A DNA stretch of 64,000 bases. Origin: a virus. Its lineage: Duplodnaviria > Caudoviricetes. Both the position numbers and the translations under genes were made by a program. The notes below the pieces were generated by a model, which did not search any database, had not been told where the DNA came from, and saw only the letters and a list, made by a program, of their open reading frames with translations. The stretch lies in IMG/VR virus record IMGVR_UViG_3300045391_005020; one strand, given 5' to 3'. Positions 10,509 through 20,117 of this stretch are shown piece by piece; the first letter of the stretch is position 1, and each line of letters starts with the position of its first letter.

Positions 10509-10897
10509 TATTGGTCTCCGAAAACGACGACCGAGTTAAAGCCCATGTCGTCAAGGGAACCCGTATTGGAGACGGTGGCCTGAATACGGACAGCACTACC
10601 GCTGAAGGACTGAGAGGTAAACGAACGGTTAGCCGTCGATCCGCCCATAGCAACGGCGGCATAGGAGCTGCCGCTCATCGGTGTGGTAAAGTTAACCGTT
10701 GCGTCACCGACCCCATTATCCGTCATCGACGTCACATTGTAGCTGGCGGCGATCGTTATAGTGGACGAGTTAGAATAACGCACCCATGCCTTAGCGACGC
10801 CCGGATGATTACGAACGCGATTCGGATATACGGGACGCACCGATGCCGACTCCGCTTCCAACTCTGCTTGGGTAGCTTGCCCAGGTTTATAAGTCAT
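10508..10897 (-). CDS. Tail-fibre tip-like protein, paralog 2
   Basis: AKAWV...SYNVTS.TDNGVGD.TVNFTT.M...YA phage fibre-tip motif; 129 aa. Confidence 0.65.
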   Translation of the reverse strand: MTYKPGQATQAELEAESASVRPVYPNRVRNHPGVAKAWVRYSNSSTITIAASYNVTSMTDNGVGDATVNFTTPMSGSSYAAVAMGGSTANRSFTSQSFSGSAVRIQATVSNTGSLDDMGFNSVVVFGDQ

Positions 10898-11286
10898 TAT
10901 TGATCCCCAAAAACGACGACCGAATTGAAGCTCATATCGTCGGCTGCGCCCGAGGTAGATACGGTCGCCTGGACGCGAACGCTTCCTGTATTGAAAGCTG
11001 TAGACGTGAAAGAGCGGCCAGCACTTGCGCCGCCCATAGCAACAGCTGCATACGACGTGCTGCTCATTGCTGTCGTAAAGTTAACCGTTGCGTCACCAAC
11101 TCCGTTGTCGGTCACCGACGTGACGTTGTAACTGTTGGCAATCGTGAGAGTGGACGCGTTGGTGTAGCGCACCCATGCCTTCGCAACACCTGGGTGGTTG
11201 CGAAGGCGATTAGGCGGAACAGGCCGTACCGATGCCGATTCCGCCTCCATCTCTGCTTGGGAAGCCTGCCCAGGTCTGTACGTCAT
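10897..11286 (-). CDS. Tail-fibre tip-like protein, paralog 1
   Basis: Start reassigned to ATG 11286 (AAGGA upstream); 129 aa, about 78% identical to 10508-10897 by hand count. Confidence 0.65.
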   Translation of the reverse strand: MTYRPGQASQAEMEAESASVRPVPPNRLRNHPGVAKAWVRYTNASTLTIANSYNVTSVTDNGVGDATVNFTTAMSSTSYAAVAMGGASAGRSFTSTAFNTGSVRVQATVSTSGAADDMSFNSVVVFGDQ

Positions 11287-11296
11287 CTCATATTCC

Positions 11297-14200
11297 TTAG
11301 ATGATGTGCCAGTTGGTGCCGTCGCTTTGGACGGTGGTGGCGTCGTACTGATCGGTGATCGGAATCGACGACTGACCGTCAATGTTTCCGCTCGTCGCTG
11401 TAATGTTGAGCGTGTTGGCCGAGGCCGTCTTCTTAATCACGAACATGCGACCCGTATGACTCGACGCCGCCGGTAGCGTCGCGGTCAGGGTCGCTGAGGT
11501 GGTATCGAACAGGACCGTGTGGTCTGTTTCGATCAGCGAGTAGTTGCCCGACTTGGACGAGATCGCCTGAACCCAGCCGGTACCCTTGATGCTTCCGATA
11601 ACCTGGAGCAGGTTGACGGAGTCGTCGGTCGACGTTCCGAGCAGCAGTCTACCGCTGGTCGTAAACATCGCGCGATAGGTGTTGTTGGTCAGGAAGCCGA
11701 TGCCGGTGGTGGACTGGAGATGCAGTGCCGACCCGCCTGCGTTGGCCGTGTTGTTTCCGCCGTTGGTGAAGACAAAGCCCGCGTTCGAGGTGATATCGTT
11801 GCTGAGACGCAGCGCAGTCGTCGCGCTGCTTCCGGTGCTGGTGTTCTCGATCGTGAGAAGATTGAGACCGCCGTTGTTTGCTCCGGTACCAATCATGGCG
11901 CCGGTTACCGTCATCGTGGATGAGCCGTTATTCCATGTGAAGGCTGACGACGCCCCGAATGCACCGGAGTTGTTATACTGGATCTGGGTGTTCGATCCGG
12001 CTGGCGTCGAGCCCGATCCATTGGATGCTGCAGTGATGCGGCCCTTGGCATCGACCGTGATGTTTGCGCTGGTGAACGAACCGACGTTCGAGTTGACCGT
12101 CGCTAGCGTGGTGGCGACCGAGCCAGCCGACGTCGTGATATCGCCCGTGAGGGCCGGCATGCGCGCGGCCAACAAGGTGCCGGCATTGAGGTTGCCGGCG
12201 TCGCGATAGAACGAGCCGTTCTGTCCGCCCAGTAGTTCGACGTTCAGATTGCTGACCTGAGTCGTGCTAGCGATAACCAGCGGAGCCGTTCCGGTGCTGA
12301 CAGTGGAGGTGATCTGACCGCTCGAGCTGACCGCTCCCGCTGTCAGGGTTCCGCCGTTCAGGTTCAGCGGAGATGCGCCACCCGAGGCATAGAGACCAAG
12401 GTTGATCAGCGCTGTGCGGAGATCAGTCGTGTTGGTCGGCTGTACAACCGCGCTTGCGCCAAAGAAACCAAGCATTGCGGCGGTGCCGCTGGCTTCAGCA
12501 CGGATGCACTCGCGTGCGGCAGTGTCGTATGCGGAGAGAGTGAGCCGCGCTTTTCTGGTAGCGTCAGTAGCTGTTGCCCAAGACGACGAGATAAATGCCT
12601 GGTCTCGATCATTCGTCGTGTCTGACTTAGCGCGTAGCGAGATACCCGAGCCGAAACCAGTTGTCGGCGTTCCCGAGCTATTGTGTGCGGCGATGATTGT
12701 GTTGGTTGCCGTGTTGGTGGCCGAGTCGCTCACGGTAAGCGATGCCGCGGATGTCGATCCACTTCCCGTTATGGCGATAGATCCGCCCGAGGCCGACAAG
12801 GTTGTAGCATTAAGCGTTGTGAAGGTTGCAGCGCCCGGCGTTCCGCCGCCGATTGTTCCGGGAGACGCGAAGGTCGCGCCGCTGAGCGACGAGGCATTCA
12901 GATTCGCTACGTTGGTCGTGCTAGCGACGACGAAAGGTGCTGTACCGGTCGAGACCGTAGAAGTGATCTGGCCGGAAGCCGACAGCGTCGTGAACGTACC
13001 GGAGCCAGGGGTGCCGTTACCGATTGAACCCGGCGACGCAAAGGTCGCCCCGTTCAGCAAGTTTGCGTTCAGGTTCGCGACGACAGTGGTGCTCGCGACA
13101 GTCATCGGCGCGGTGCCGGTGGCCTGCGTCAGGTTAAGCGTCGTCATTCGGGATTCGCCGTTGACGATAAGGAATGTGGAGGCCACGTCTGTCGTGGTGT
13201 TGATCAACAGGTGGCCGCTGCTGTTCAGCGTCATCCGTTTCGTCGGCGACACACTACCAGCGCCGGCGTTCGTGTAGAATTCGACCTGACCAGGAACGGT
13301 CGTTGAGTTATTTATCGTGCCAGACGGACTCACGGCCAAGCGGATTTCACCAACCTGGACGTAGTTCAGGCCGTCAGCGGCCCAGCCGCTCAACCCAAGA
13401 ACGGGATCGCTGTTGTTAACAACAGTCGGAGCGCCAGTAAGGCCAGTCGAGCGATTCTTGAAGCACTGAATCTGTGCGAAGTTTTGATTCGCACCGTTCA
13501 CGATGTAGGAGGCCAGCGCCTGGGCCGAATTGGTGGCCACGTAGCCGTGTTGCGGAGTACCAATGATCGCCGTTAGCGCAGCGTTGAACGAAGCGCCCGT
13601 GCTGCCGCTGATGAACGGATCGACATTATTGATGCTGACACCGGTGATGGTGCCGCCCGTGATCGAGACGTTGTCGGAGGCCTGAGTCGAGATTGTCCCA
13701 AGACCAAGCGTCCCTCTCGCGACCGAATTCGACGTATCGTCGAGCAGGCTTCGGGCAAATGGTGTGCAGGTGATCTCTTCGATCACGCCCGCTCCGGCGC
13801 TCGAACGACCGAGTAATTTATCCGTCGCGCTAACGTCCTGAATCTTAGAGTACGTGACGGTGCTGTTCGCTAGCTTGGCACCGGTAATCCCGAGATCCTT
13901 GACGCGAAGGATGTTCGAGTTGATTTCGATCGTAGAGCCATCGACGTTGACCGAGAACTGATTACCAGTCAGGGTGAGACCCGACCCGGCCGTGTAGGTT
14001 CCGGCGCCGCTGAACTGCGTGAAGGTGATCGGGTCGGTACCGAGAACGCCGCCCGTATTGGATGTGCAGACCCAGCCAGTGTTGTCGTTGGTCGTACCTT
14101 GTTCGACGAACACGAAAGCGGCCGGAGCTTCAGGATACGTGTCCATATCGAGAGCACGGGTCCACGAACCCGACGCGACCACGTAGATGCCGTTGTTTTC

Positions 14201-15322
14201 CGTCAGGGTCTGGTTCTTGACCAGTACGCGGTTACCAACGATCAGCGAAACGCCGTCAACGGTCTGAGTTCCCGAGAGTGTGATGTTCGCGGTTGTAGCG
14301 GCCCTTACCGAATCCTTGGCGTCCAGGCCCTGCACCCTTGCATCGACGTACGCTTTGGTCGCGGCATCTTGCGGGCTGACCGGATCCAAGAGATTAGTCA
14401 GGAGCTGGCTGTTCCAGCTGACCGATGAAAGAGGCGCGGCCATCTGATCGAGACGGCTGAGACGGACCTGCGTATCGAAATCGCTAATCGTCGACGCGGG
14501 TTGCGCGTTGATGTGATTGGAGCGGTCGAGGTAGTAAGCGCCGTTGTGAAGCTGGAGAGTATCGGCGTCGTTTGTGCCGGTGTGGTTGGCTCGGTCGAGA
14601 TAATACGCACCGTCTTGGTTTTCGAGCAGCGAGGCGTTGCTCGCAGTTCCCGTAATTCCACCAGTCGCCGACAGCGTAGTGAAGTAGCCAGGTGCCGGAT
14701 TAGTGCTTCCGATATCAGGAGGGGACGCCAGTGCGTTTGCGAGGTCGTCAGCGACTATGAATCTGAAACCAGGCGCTGCATTGGCGCCGCTCACTGGTCC
14801 GGCGAACACGCGATTTGCACCGGTCGTTGACTGACCAGTACCGCCATTCGCAACGGCCAGCTGACCGGTGAGGGTCGAAACCGACTGAGTTCCAGTGTGA
14901 TTAGCGCGGCTCAAGTAGTAGGCGCCGTTCTGACCTTGCAGAAGAGCAGAGTCAGCAGCGTTGGTCGCGTTCGTGGCAGTATCGGCGTTACCGAACAGGT
15001 TTCCGGTCACATCGCCGGTCACGTCACCCGTAAGGTTGCCTGTCACGTCGCCAGTCAGATCGCCTGCGAACTCATCGGCGGCAGCCTGTCCTTGAACGTA
15101 TATACCGGCGGTGGTGATGGCCAGCCGCTCCATGCCCAAAACAACAAAGCCCATCTTCTCCGCACTGACGGTGCGGTCGAAGTAGTAGCCGATCCGGCCC
15201 GAATCCGTGTGGGCCGTGGTCGCGTAGTTGTTGTTGCTCAGCGGGGCGGCAACGGCGAGCGACGAGGCGCTGCCGAGGATACCGCTACGAATGCCGAGAC
15301 GAGCTAAGAGCGACTGTTCCAT
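11297..15322 (-). CDS. Long tail fibre / virion fibre protein
   Basis: 1341 aa, Thr/Ser/Gly-rich; GAYYL(D/S)R(A/S)NH x3, GQITSTVSTGTAP repeats, and a DAATKAYVD...SVRAATTANITLSG...RVLVKNQ module. Confidence 0.75.
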   Translation of the reverse strand: MEQSLLARLGIRSGILGSASSLAVAAPLSNNNYATTAHTDSGRIGYYFDRTVSAEKMGFVVLGMERLAITTAGIYVQGQAAADEFAGDLTGDVTGNLTGDVTGDVTGNLFGNADTATNATNAADSALLQGQNGAYYLSRANHTGTQSVSTLTGQLAVANGGTGQSTTGANRVFAGPVSGANAAPGFRFIVADDLANALASPPDIGSTNPAPGYFTTLSATGGITGTASNASLLENQDGAYYLDRANHTGTNDADTLQLHNGAYYLDRSNHINAQPASTISDFDTQVRLSRLDQMAAPLSSVSWNSQLLTNLLDPVSPQDAATKAYVDARVQGLDAKDSVRAATTANITLSGTQTVDGVSLIVGNRVLVKNQTLTENNGIYVVASGSWTRALDMDTYPEAPAAFVFVEQGTTNDNTGWVCTSNTGGVLGTDPITFTQFSGAGTYTAGSGLTLTGNQFSVNVDGSTIEINSNILRVKDLGITGAKLANSTVTYSKIQDVSATDKLLGRSSAGAGVIEEITCTPFARSLLDDTSNSVARGTLGLGTISTQASDNVSITGGTITGVSINNVDPFISGSTGASFNAALTAIIGTPQHGYVATNSAQALASYIVNGANQNFAQIQCFKNRSTGLTGAPTVVNNSDPVLGLSGWAADGLNYVQVGEIRLAVSPSGTINNSTTVPGQVEFYTNAGAGSVSPTKRMTLNSSGHLLINTTTDVASTFLIVNGESRMTTLNLTQATGTAPMTVASTTVVANLNANLLNGATFASPGSIGNGTPGSGTFTTLSASGQITSTVSTGTAPFVVASTTNVANLNASSLSGATFASPGTIGGGTPGAATFTTLNATTLSASGGSIAITGSGSTSAASLTVSDSATNTATNTIIAAHNSSGTPTTGFGSGISLRAKSDTTNDRDQAFISSSWATATDATRKARLTLSAYDTAARECIRAEASGTAAMLGFFGASAVVQPTNTTDLRTALINLGLYASGGASPLNLNGGTLTAGAVSSSGQITSTVSTGTAPLVIASTTQVSNLNVELLGGQNGSFYRDAGNLNAGTLLAARMPALTGDITTSAGSVATTLATVNSNVGSFTSANITVDAKGRITAASNGSGSTPAGSNTQIQYNNSGAFGASSAFTWNNGSSTMTVTGAMIGTGANNGGLNLLTIENTSTGSSATTALRLSNDITSNAGFVFTNGGNNTANAGGSALHLQSTTGIGFLTNNTYRAMFTTSGRLLLGTSTDDSVNLLQVIGSIKGTGWVQAISSKSGNYSLIETDHTVLFDTTSATLTATLPAASSHTGRMFVIKKTASANTLNITATSGNIDGQSSIPITDQYDATTVQSDGTNWHII

Positions 15323-15360
15323 TGTGGATCACCAATTCTGCCAATTACCAATTCGAAATC

Positions 15361-15765
15361 TTAGTCGAGACCTTCGGTCGTGTACTCGATCATCCAATCC
15401 AGCACGACCAGGAGCGTGTGCGGGATGTCCGCGTTCTTGTCGAGCTGCAGCCATTCTTCTTTGATGGCTCCGCACTCGACGTCATGTTTGACCTCGAGCA
15501 TCTTCTTGTACTCGATATTGAACTTCTCGATCGCCTCTTTGTCGTCCTGTTTCTTGTCGAGACCGCACTCCTTGAGCAGCGCTTCGCGTTGCTCATCCAG
15601 GAGCTGGACGACTTCGATCAGTTTCTTGAGACGCTTAGCGAACACGATCTTCGCTTTGGCGTCGAACTTGTAGAGGGCCTTGCCGTCTTTGTCGACGATG
15701 GACAGCCGCTTGATGGCGTCGGCCGACTCGATGGCCTCTTGGCCGGTGATGCTATACTTGGACAC
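15361..15765 (-). CDS. Hypothetical charged helical protein (possible fibre chaperone)
   Basis: 134 aa; GAAAGGA RBS-like sequence upstream; precedes the long fibre gene. Confidence 0.55.
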   Translation of the reverse strand: MSKYSITGQEAIESADAIKRLSIVDKDGKALYKFDAKAKIVFAKRLKKLIEVVQLLDEQREALLKECGLDKKQDDKEAIEKFNIEYKKMLEVKHDVECGAIKEEWLQLDKNADIPHTLLVVLDWMIEYTTEGLD

Positions 15766-15827
15766 TTGGGTTCCTTTCCCCGCAAGAGTTTTGAAATAAC
15801 CGCTGTTAGATTAGGTCAAAACTATTG

Positions 15828-16316
15828 TTACGCATCACTTGTATGGCGCCGGATGTGAGCGGCCCAGCCGCTCGAGCCGGCCGTGGCTCGAAGACGAAAC
15901 GCAGTGCCGGAGATATCCACATCCAGGGTTACATCGATGGTTCCGGCTGTCAGGACCACGTTGTTCTGGGTATGGAAAGCCGAGATGTTGTCGTGCACGG
16001 CCCGGATGGTCGTGCTGTACCGTTCATTGCCTTTTACCAGATTCACCGACCACTCGACGTCTCCGACCGCGGACTTCAGGACCGAGTCGAGAGTCTGGGC
16101 GCCTGGCGCCAGCGCGACCGAAGCGACCGTGCCGGCCTTGAGGCCGAGCTCCTGGAGTGCCGCCTCGACATCGGTTCCGACGAAGTAATCGCCGGTATCC
16201 GTGATCGAGCTGTTGGCCGCCGTGTTTGGCGGCAGCCAACCCGGATCGAGCTTGCCGAGACCATCGGCGATGGGGACGCGGTTTGCGCCTGGATTCGGGG
16301 TTGCATACGTGGTCAC
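15828..16316 (-). CDS. Virion structural protein (fibre-associated)
   Basis: DTGDYFVGTDVEAALQEL motif shared with 16631-18724. Confidence 0.55.
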   Translation of the reverse strand: MTTYATPNPGANRVPIADGLGKLDPGWLPPNTAANSSITDTGDYFVGTDVEAALQELGLKAGTVASVALAPGAQTLDSVLKSAVGDVEWSVNLVKGNERYSTTIRAVHDNISAFHTQNNVVLTAGTIDVTLDVDISGTAFRLRATAGSSGWAAHIRRHTSDA

Positions 16317-16549
16317 GGAAGCACCTGGATAGGAGTCGAGTCGGCGAGATTGAGGACCAGCGAATCGTCCGAGAGATCGCGCAGGTAATCAGTGGTGTCG
16401 TCGACACTGGTGAAATACCGCAAGATGAACGCCGGCGTCATTACCGGAATACCCGCGCGCACACGATTGATCGGCGATCTAGGCACCAGACGGATCTCGG
16501 GAATCGAGATCGTTCTTTTGCCGTTGGTGTCGCGAAACCGTCTACTCAT
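16313..16549 (-). CDS. Hypothetical protein
   Basis: 78 aa; GAGGA RBS; stop overlaps the next start. Confidence 0.55.
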   Translation of the reverse strand: MSRRFRDTNGKRTISIPEIRLVPRSPINRVRAGIPVMTPAFILRYFTSVDDTTDYLRDLSDDSLVLNLADSTPIQVLP

Positions 16550-16571
16550 GGGTCAAAGTCCTCTGCGGTAA

Positions 16572-16607
16572 CAAAAGAGGCCGAGTCCGCGTAGCGAACC
16601 CGGCCTC
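16572..16607 (-). terminator. Rho-independent terminator after 16631-18724
   Basis: Minus strand GAGGCCGGGTTCGC-TAC-GCGGACTCGGCCTC followed by TTTTGTT. Confidence 0.75.
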
Positions 16608-16630
16608 CTTCAGTCGGGCCTCAGAAGGGA

Positions 16631-18724
16631 TTAGCCCTGAGTACCGATTGCCACGAAGTTCGTGTTGATGTCCGTCGGAGTCAGCGACGCGCCGGTACCG
16701 GTCCACGTCGACAGAGCGATGTAGGCGGTGTGGCGATCCGTGCCCGACTTGGTCGGATTCTGGACGGTGTCGTCATTGTCGATCCAGATGTCGCCCTTGG
16801 TGACGACGTAGCCGTTTTCACCCAGGCCGCTCGACGTAGCGTCGGTCGACTTGAAGTGGATGCCGACCTGCTGGGTCTTCTCGGCCGGAACGATCTGGTT
16901 CGGTTCGCCGATGCGAACGAGCAGCTGGGTTGCGGTGATCGCAACGCCAACCGGGATGATCCAGTACCCGAGGGTCGTCGGGACCGTCGAGGTAATGTCG
17001 CCCGGGTTGGCCGGGTCGGCGTAGTACGCCGCGCCCGGAGTCAGGCCGGTGAAGCCGGGCAGGAGGCCCGAGAACACCACGCCATCGCCCTGGTCGATCG
17101 TATCTTCGTCGACGTAGTCATCGCCAGTCGCGAAGCCGATCGGTTCAGCCAGAGTGGACTGGCTGGCGTCGAGCAGCGAAACGTGGTTGGACGAAGCGCC
17201 GTAACCGACGAGGCGAGGGCCGTCCGAGGTCGCGTCGATCGCGCCTTCCGCAACCAGGGTCTTATCCAGGAGGCGGTTGGTGACGAAGTTCGAGACCGCA
17301 GCGTCCAGCTTGCCGATCGCGACAACGAGCGAGTCATTGTCGGCGACGTAGGTGTTGGACGAGTAGTCGCGCGTCGTCGAGTTGGTGCCGCCGATGGCAG
17401 CAGCCAATTCGGTAAGCGCAGCTTCGACCTGCGTGCCAGTGTAGTAGTTGCCAGCGTCGGCGATCAGGACTTCGGCAGCCGTGTGGCTGATGTCCAGAAC
17501 CTTGCTGTAGTGACCCGAGCTGGTGCCGTTACCGGTCAGGATGTAGATGCCGCGCTCGGCTTCGTTGCCGGTCGTGCCCTTGATGATGACGTACTCGCCG
17601 GCCGAGAAGGCAGTGATGCCGGCCTGAGTGATCGCGAGCGCGATGGTGTCGAAGTTGCGGACGCGGTTCTGGGCCTTGGTCCAGAGTTCCGCGAGAGCGG
17701 CTTCGACGTCGGTGGCGGTGAAGTTGCCAGCCGCGTCTTCGATCTTGATGCGCGACGCGCCGTTGCCGGTCGTGGTCAGGCCGAGGCTGTCAACCCGGAG
17801 GTTGACCGCTTCCTGCGTGGCCATGCCGGTCAGCATGCCGGTGAACGAAGGAACGTTCGTGACGACCTGTTCGTCAGAAATCGTGCCGACCGCGCCAGCT
17901 TCATCGCCGAAGAATTCGCTGTCAGTGACGCCGGCGAAGGCGGGGAGCTTCATGAAGTCCATCGACGCGAGCACGAAGCCCAGGTCGAGAGACTGCGACG
18001 GCATGTTGAAGGCCGTTTCGACGCCCGAGATGTAGCTATAGAAGCTGATCACGTACTCGGTCGTGTAGGTCAGACGGGCATAGACTTCGTTGTTCGAGCC
18101 ATCGGTAACGATGTCGCGCGAAGCCGCCTTGCGGACCGGGATCTGGTAACCGAACTCGGTCGTCAGGATGACGCCGTTGACAGTCGAAGTACCGGCGCCA
18201 GTGGCGTCGGTGAAGGAACCGTTGTCGAGCACGAGAGCAGCGATGGCGGAGTCCCACGCGTTCGAGCTAGTACCGGAAGCGGTGACGCCGCGCAGGCTGG
18301 TGTCGCCGCGCTTGTAGAACACCTGCTTGGTGCCGATTTCATCGAGAGCGGTTTCGACCGTCGAGCCGGCGTAGAAGCCGTTCGTGTCGAGGATGTTCAC
18401 TTCCGACGCCTTGTCGGTGCCGTCGAGAACCTTCGAGTAGTCCGAGGCGCTCGCGCCCTGGTTGGTGTTGACCTTCCAGACGCCCTTGTCGGCGTTCGGG
18501 AAGCCGGTCGACGCATTGTCGCCGCCGTTGATCATCACGAATTGGCCATTGTACAAATTGGCCGTGTCGGCGATCGCCGCTGCGAGGGTTGCGTAAGCGG
18601 CCAAGATACCGGCCGGGCTGCCGCGCAGCACGAAGGGGACGTTGTTGTTGTCGGTCAGGACATCGGACCCGTTCAGGGGGCCGTGCGTGTCGCCAAGGTC
18701 AACGAATACAGTGCGGTTAGTCAT
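16631..18724 (-). CDS. Head fibre/decoration-type structural protein
   Basis: 697 aa; three D-x7-8-VE(A/T)AL.E(L/I) repeats; C-terminal PIGFA...FTGLTPGAAYY capsid-fibre-like domain; own promoter and terminator. Confidence 0.55.
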   Translation of the reverse strand: MTNRTVFVDLGDTHGPLNGSDVLTDNNNVPFVLRGSPAGILAAYATLAAAIADTANLYNGQFVMINGGDNASTGFPNADKGVWKVNTNQGASASDYSKVLDGTDKASEVNILDTNGFYAGSTVETALDEIGTKQVFYKRGDTSLRGVTASGTSSNAWDSAIAALVLDNGSFTDATGAGTSTVNGVILTTEFGYQIPVRKAASRDIVTDGSNNEVYARLTYTTEYVISFYSYISGVETAFNMPSQSLDLGFVLASMDFMKLPAFAGVTDSEFFGDEAGAVGTISDEQVVTNVPSFTGMLTGMATQEAVNLRVDSLGLTTTGNGASRIKIEDAAGNFTATDVEAALAELWTKAQNRVRNFDTIALAITQAGITAFSAGEYVIIKGTTGNEAERGIYILTGNGTSSGHYSKVLDISHTAAEVLIADAGNYYTGTQVEAALTELAAAIGGTNSTTRDYSSNTYVADNDSLVVAIGKLDAAVSNFVTNRLLDKTLVAEGAIDATSDGPRLVGYGASSNHVSLLDASQSTLAEPIGFATGDDYVDEDTIDQGDGVVFSGLLPGFTGLTPGAAYYADPANPGDITSTVPTTLGYWIIPVGVAITATQLLVRIGEPNQIVPAEKTQQVGIHFKSTDATSSGLGENGYVVTKGDIWIDNDDTVQNPTKSGTDRHTAYIALSTWTGTGASLTPTDINTNFVAIGTQG

Positions 18725-18760
18725 GGAACAATACTCCGAATTTCAGCTGAGGAGATGTTA

Positions 18761-18805
18761 ATTATACCGATGCGGGCGCTGCCCTACAACCTCGGGTGCT
18801 CTAAG
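18761..18805 (-). promoter_or_regulatory. Sigma70-like promoter with upstream CTTAGAGCAC element
   Basis: CTTAGAGCAC-6-TTGTAG-17-TATAAT upstream of 18724. Confidence 0.65.
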
Positions 18806-18901
18806 ACCTTGGGACATTCCAGGTGGCTTAGAGCCAACTGCTGTACAAATTACGGGTCTCAGCCAGGACCAACAAGTCCTGTTGCTCTAAGGGGAAAGGT
18901 A

Positions 18902-19111
18902 TTAGAGCTTGGAAATGAAGCGCTCGACTTCCTTCTGCTGATCTTCAGACAGACGGGTCTTCATGGCTCCGTAGATGGCCTCGACAATGACCTTGTTCAT
19001 ATTCGCCTGACCGCCATTTTTCTTGGCGGCCTGGACGGCGGCTTCCTTGATGAGCCGATGCAGCGGCTCGGGGAATCGGGCATTGAAGGCTTTGCCGGTA
19101 CGCAGAGACAT
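18902..19111 (-). CDS. Arc-like ribbon-helix-helix DNA-binding protein
   Basis: KAFNARFPEPLHRLIKEAA...NMNKVIVEAI matches the Arc/RHH pattern (F.lR.P.eL...i...A....SmN..iv.ai). Confidence 0.7.
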   Translation of the reverse strand: MSLRTGKAFNARFPEPLHRLIKEAAVQAAKKNGGQANMNKVIVEAIYGAMKTRLSEDQQKEVERFISKL

Positions 19112-19113
19112 GG

Positions 19114-19716
19114 TTAGTTCTGCCTACCGATGGCGACCCAGTCGGCGGTCGTGTGGGTGATGGTGGTGGCCTTGCACACATAGACTGTGCAGGCGTTTGT
19201 GGTCGGATCAGTCCAGCGATCGCCCTTACGATACGTCAGCGGCAGGACGGTCGCGGCGTCGCCGTAGTAGTCCTTGATCTCGCGCTCGATCGAAACGACC
19301 GGCTTTTCCCACCGATCCTTGACCCAGCAGTACAGATCGTCTTCGTCGGTGTCGTAGAACCGCCAACCGGTGTCAGCGAGCGTCAGGGTGGCCCCGAACG
19401 CGATTCTGTCAGCGGTGGTGCCGTGGCGAGGCCACAGATCGCTGATGTGCTTGGCGATAATCGACAAGCCGATGAACGCGCCCTGCGGATGCGATTCCGC
19501 GGTGGTGCCATCGTACCCGCGGGTCACGCCCGTCAGGGTATTGCCGGTGATTCCGGTGTAGAGGACGACTTCGTTGGTGTACGGGTCTACGCCGCCCGCG
19601 ATCGAGGCCACGCCGGCGGACGGAAATTTGGACGCGTCCAGCAGCGCAATAGAAGTGTCGGTGTCGCTGATCGGCGCGGCGAGCACGCCATAGACGTTGT
19701 TCTTGACCGGTAACAC
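19114..19716 (-). CDS. Virion structural protein
   Basis: ISDTDTSI.LLDASKFPSAG...EVVLYTGITGNTLTGVTRGYDGTTAESH phage structural module. Confidence 0.6.
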   Translation of the reverse strand: MLPVKNNVYGVLAAPISDTDTSIALLDASKFPSAGVASIAGGVDPYTNEVVLYTGITGNTLTGVTRGYDGTTAESHPQGAFIGLSIIAKHISDLWPRHGTTADRIAFGATLTLADTGWRFYDTDEDDLYCWVKDRWEKPVVSIEREIKDYYGDAATVLPLTYRKGDRWTDPTTNACTVYVCKATTITHTTADWVAIGRQN

Positions 19717-19748
19717 GCTCGGTTACCTCGTGGCCAAATACCCTCTCG

Positions 19749-20060
19749 TCACAGCACGGCCCCCAGGAGCTTCCGGATCTTCGTGATCTCGTCGACGACC
19801 CCGCGCACCACGAGCTTCGCATAATCCTGTCCGCCCGAGTTGTGTGAGAAAACGACGACGAGTTGGGCGAATCCGGTTATTGGGGTGGTGATGTTCGAGA
19901 GCGGGAACTGATAGATGCCGGGGATCGCGGACTCAACCGCGACGTTGCTGGACAGGGCCAGGACCGTGTTGGTGTCCTGTCTGAGCACCTGGACCGTAAC
20001 GGAACCCGCCGCGGGAAGGACTGCTGCGGCGATCGGGTTTTCGTATTGGGCGTAGCGCAC
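19749..20060 (-). CDS. Hypothetical (probably structural) protein
   Basis: 103 aa, beta-rich; GTG start 6 nt after TAATAT. Confidence 0.55.
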   Translation of the reverse strand: MRYAQYENPIAAAVLPAAGSVTVQVLRQDTNTVLALSSNVAVESAIPGIYQFPLSNITTPITGFAQLVVVFSHNSGGQDYAKLVVRGVVDEITKIRKLLGAVL

Positions 20061-20066
20061 GCAAAG

Positions 20067-20102
20067 ATATTAGACCTTTGCTGCCAGGAAACAAATTTAT
20101 TG
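20067..20102 (-). promoter_or_regulatory. Leaderless promoter with CAA-N5-TTG box
   Basis: CAATAAAT-TTGTTT-16-TAATAT-6-GTG. Confidence 0.45.
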
Positions 20103-20117
20103 GTCCGATTCGGACGC

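Noticed and set aside
10508-11286. Diversity-generating retroelement template/variable repeat pair
   Set aside because: Both copies are complete ORFs, differences are spread and largely conservative rather than evidently adenine-specific, and there is no reverse transcriptase in the window.
15332-15353. CCAATT x3 upstream of the long fibre gene
   Set aside because: Short, irregularly spaced and seen at one locus only; insufficient support.
15322-15858. Alternative 178-aa ORF overlapping 15361-15765
   Set aside because: Its translation reads as an antisense shadow of 15361-15765, which has the RBS and protein-like composition.
16730-19117. Long + strand ORFs (also 9051-10583, 23574-25187, 30626-32176, 45631-46614, 53089-54060)
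   Set aside because: Antisense shadows of GC-biased minus-strand genes; no recognisable motifs.
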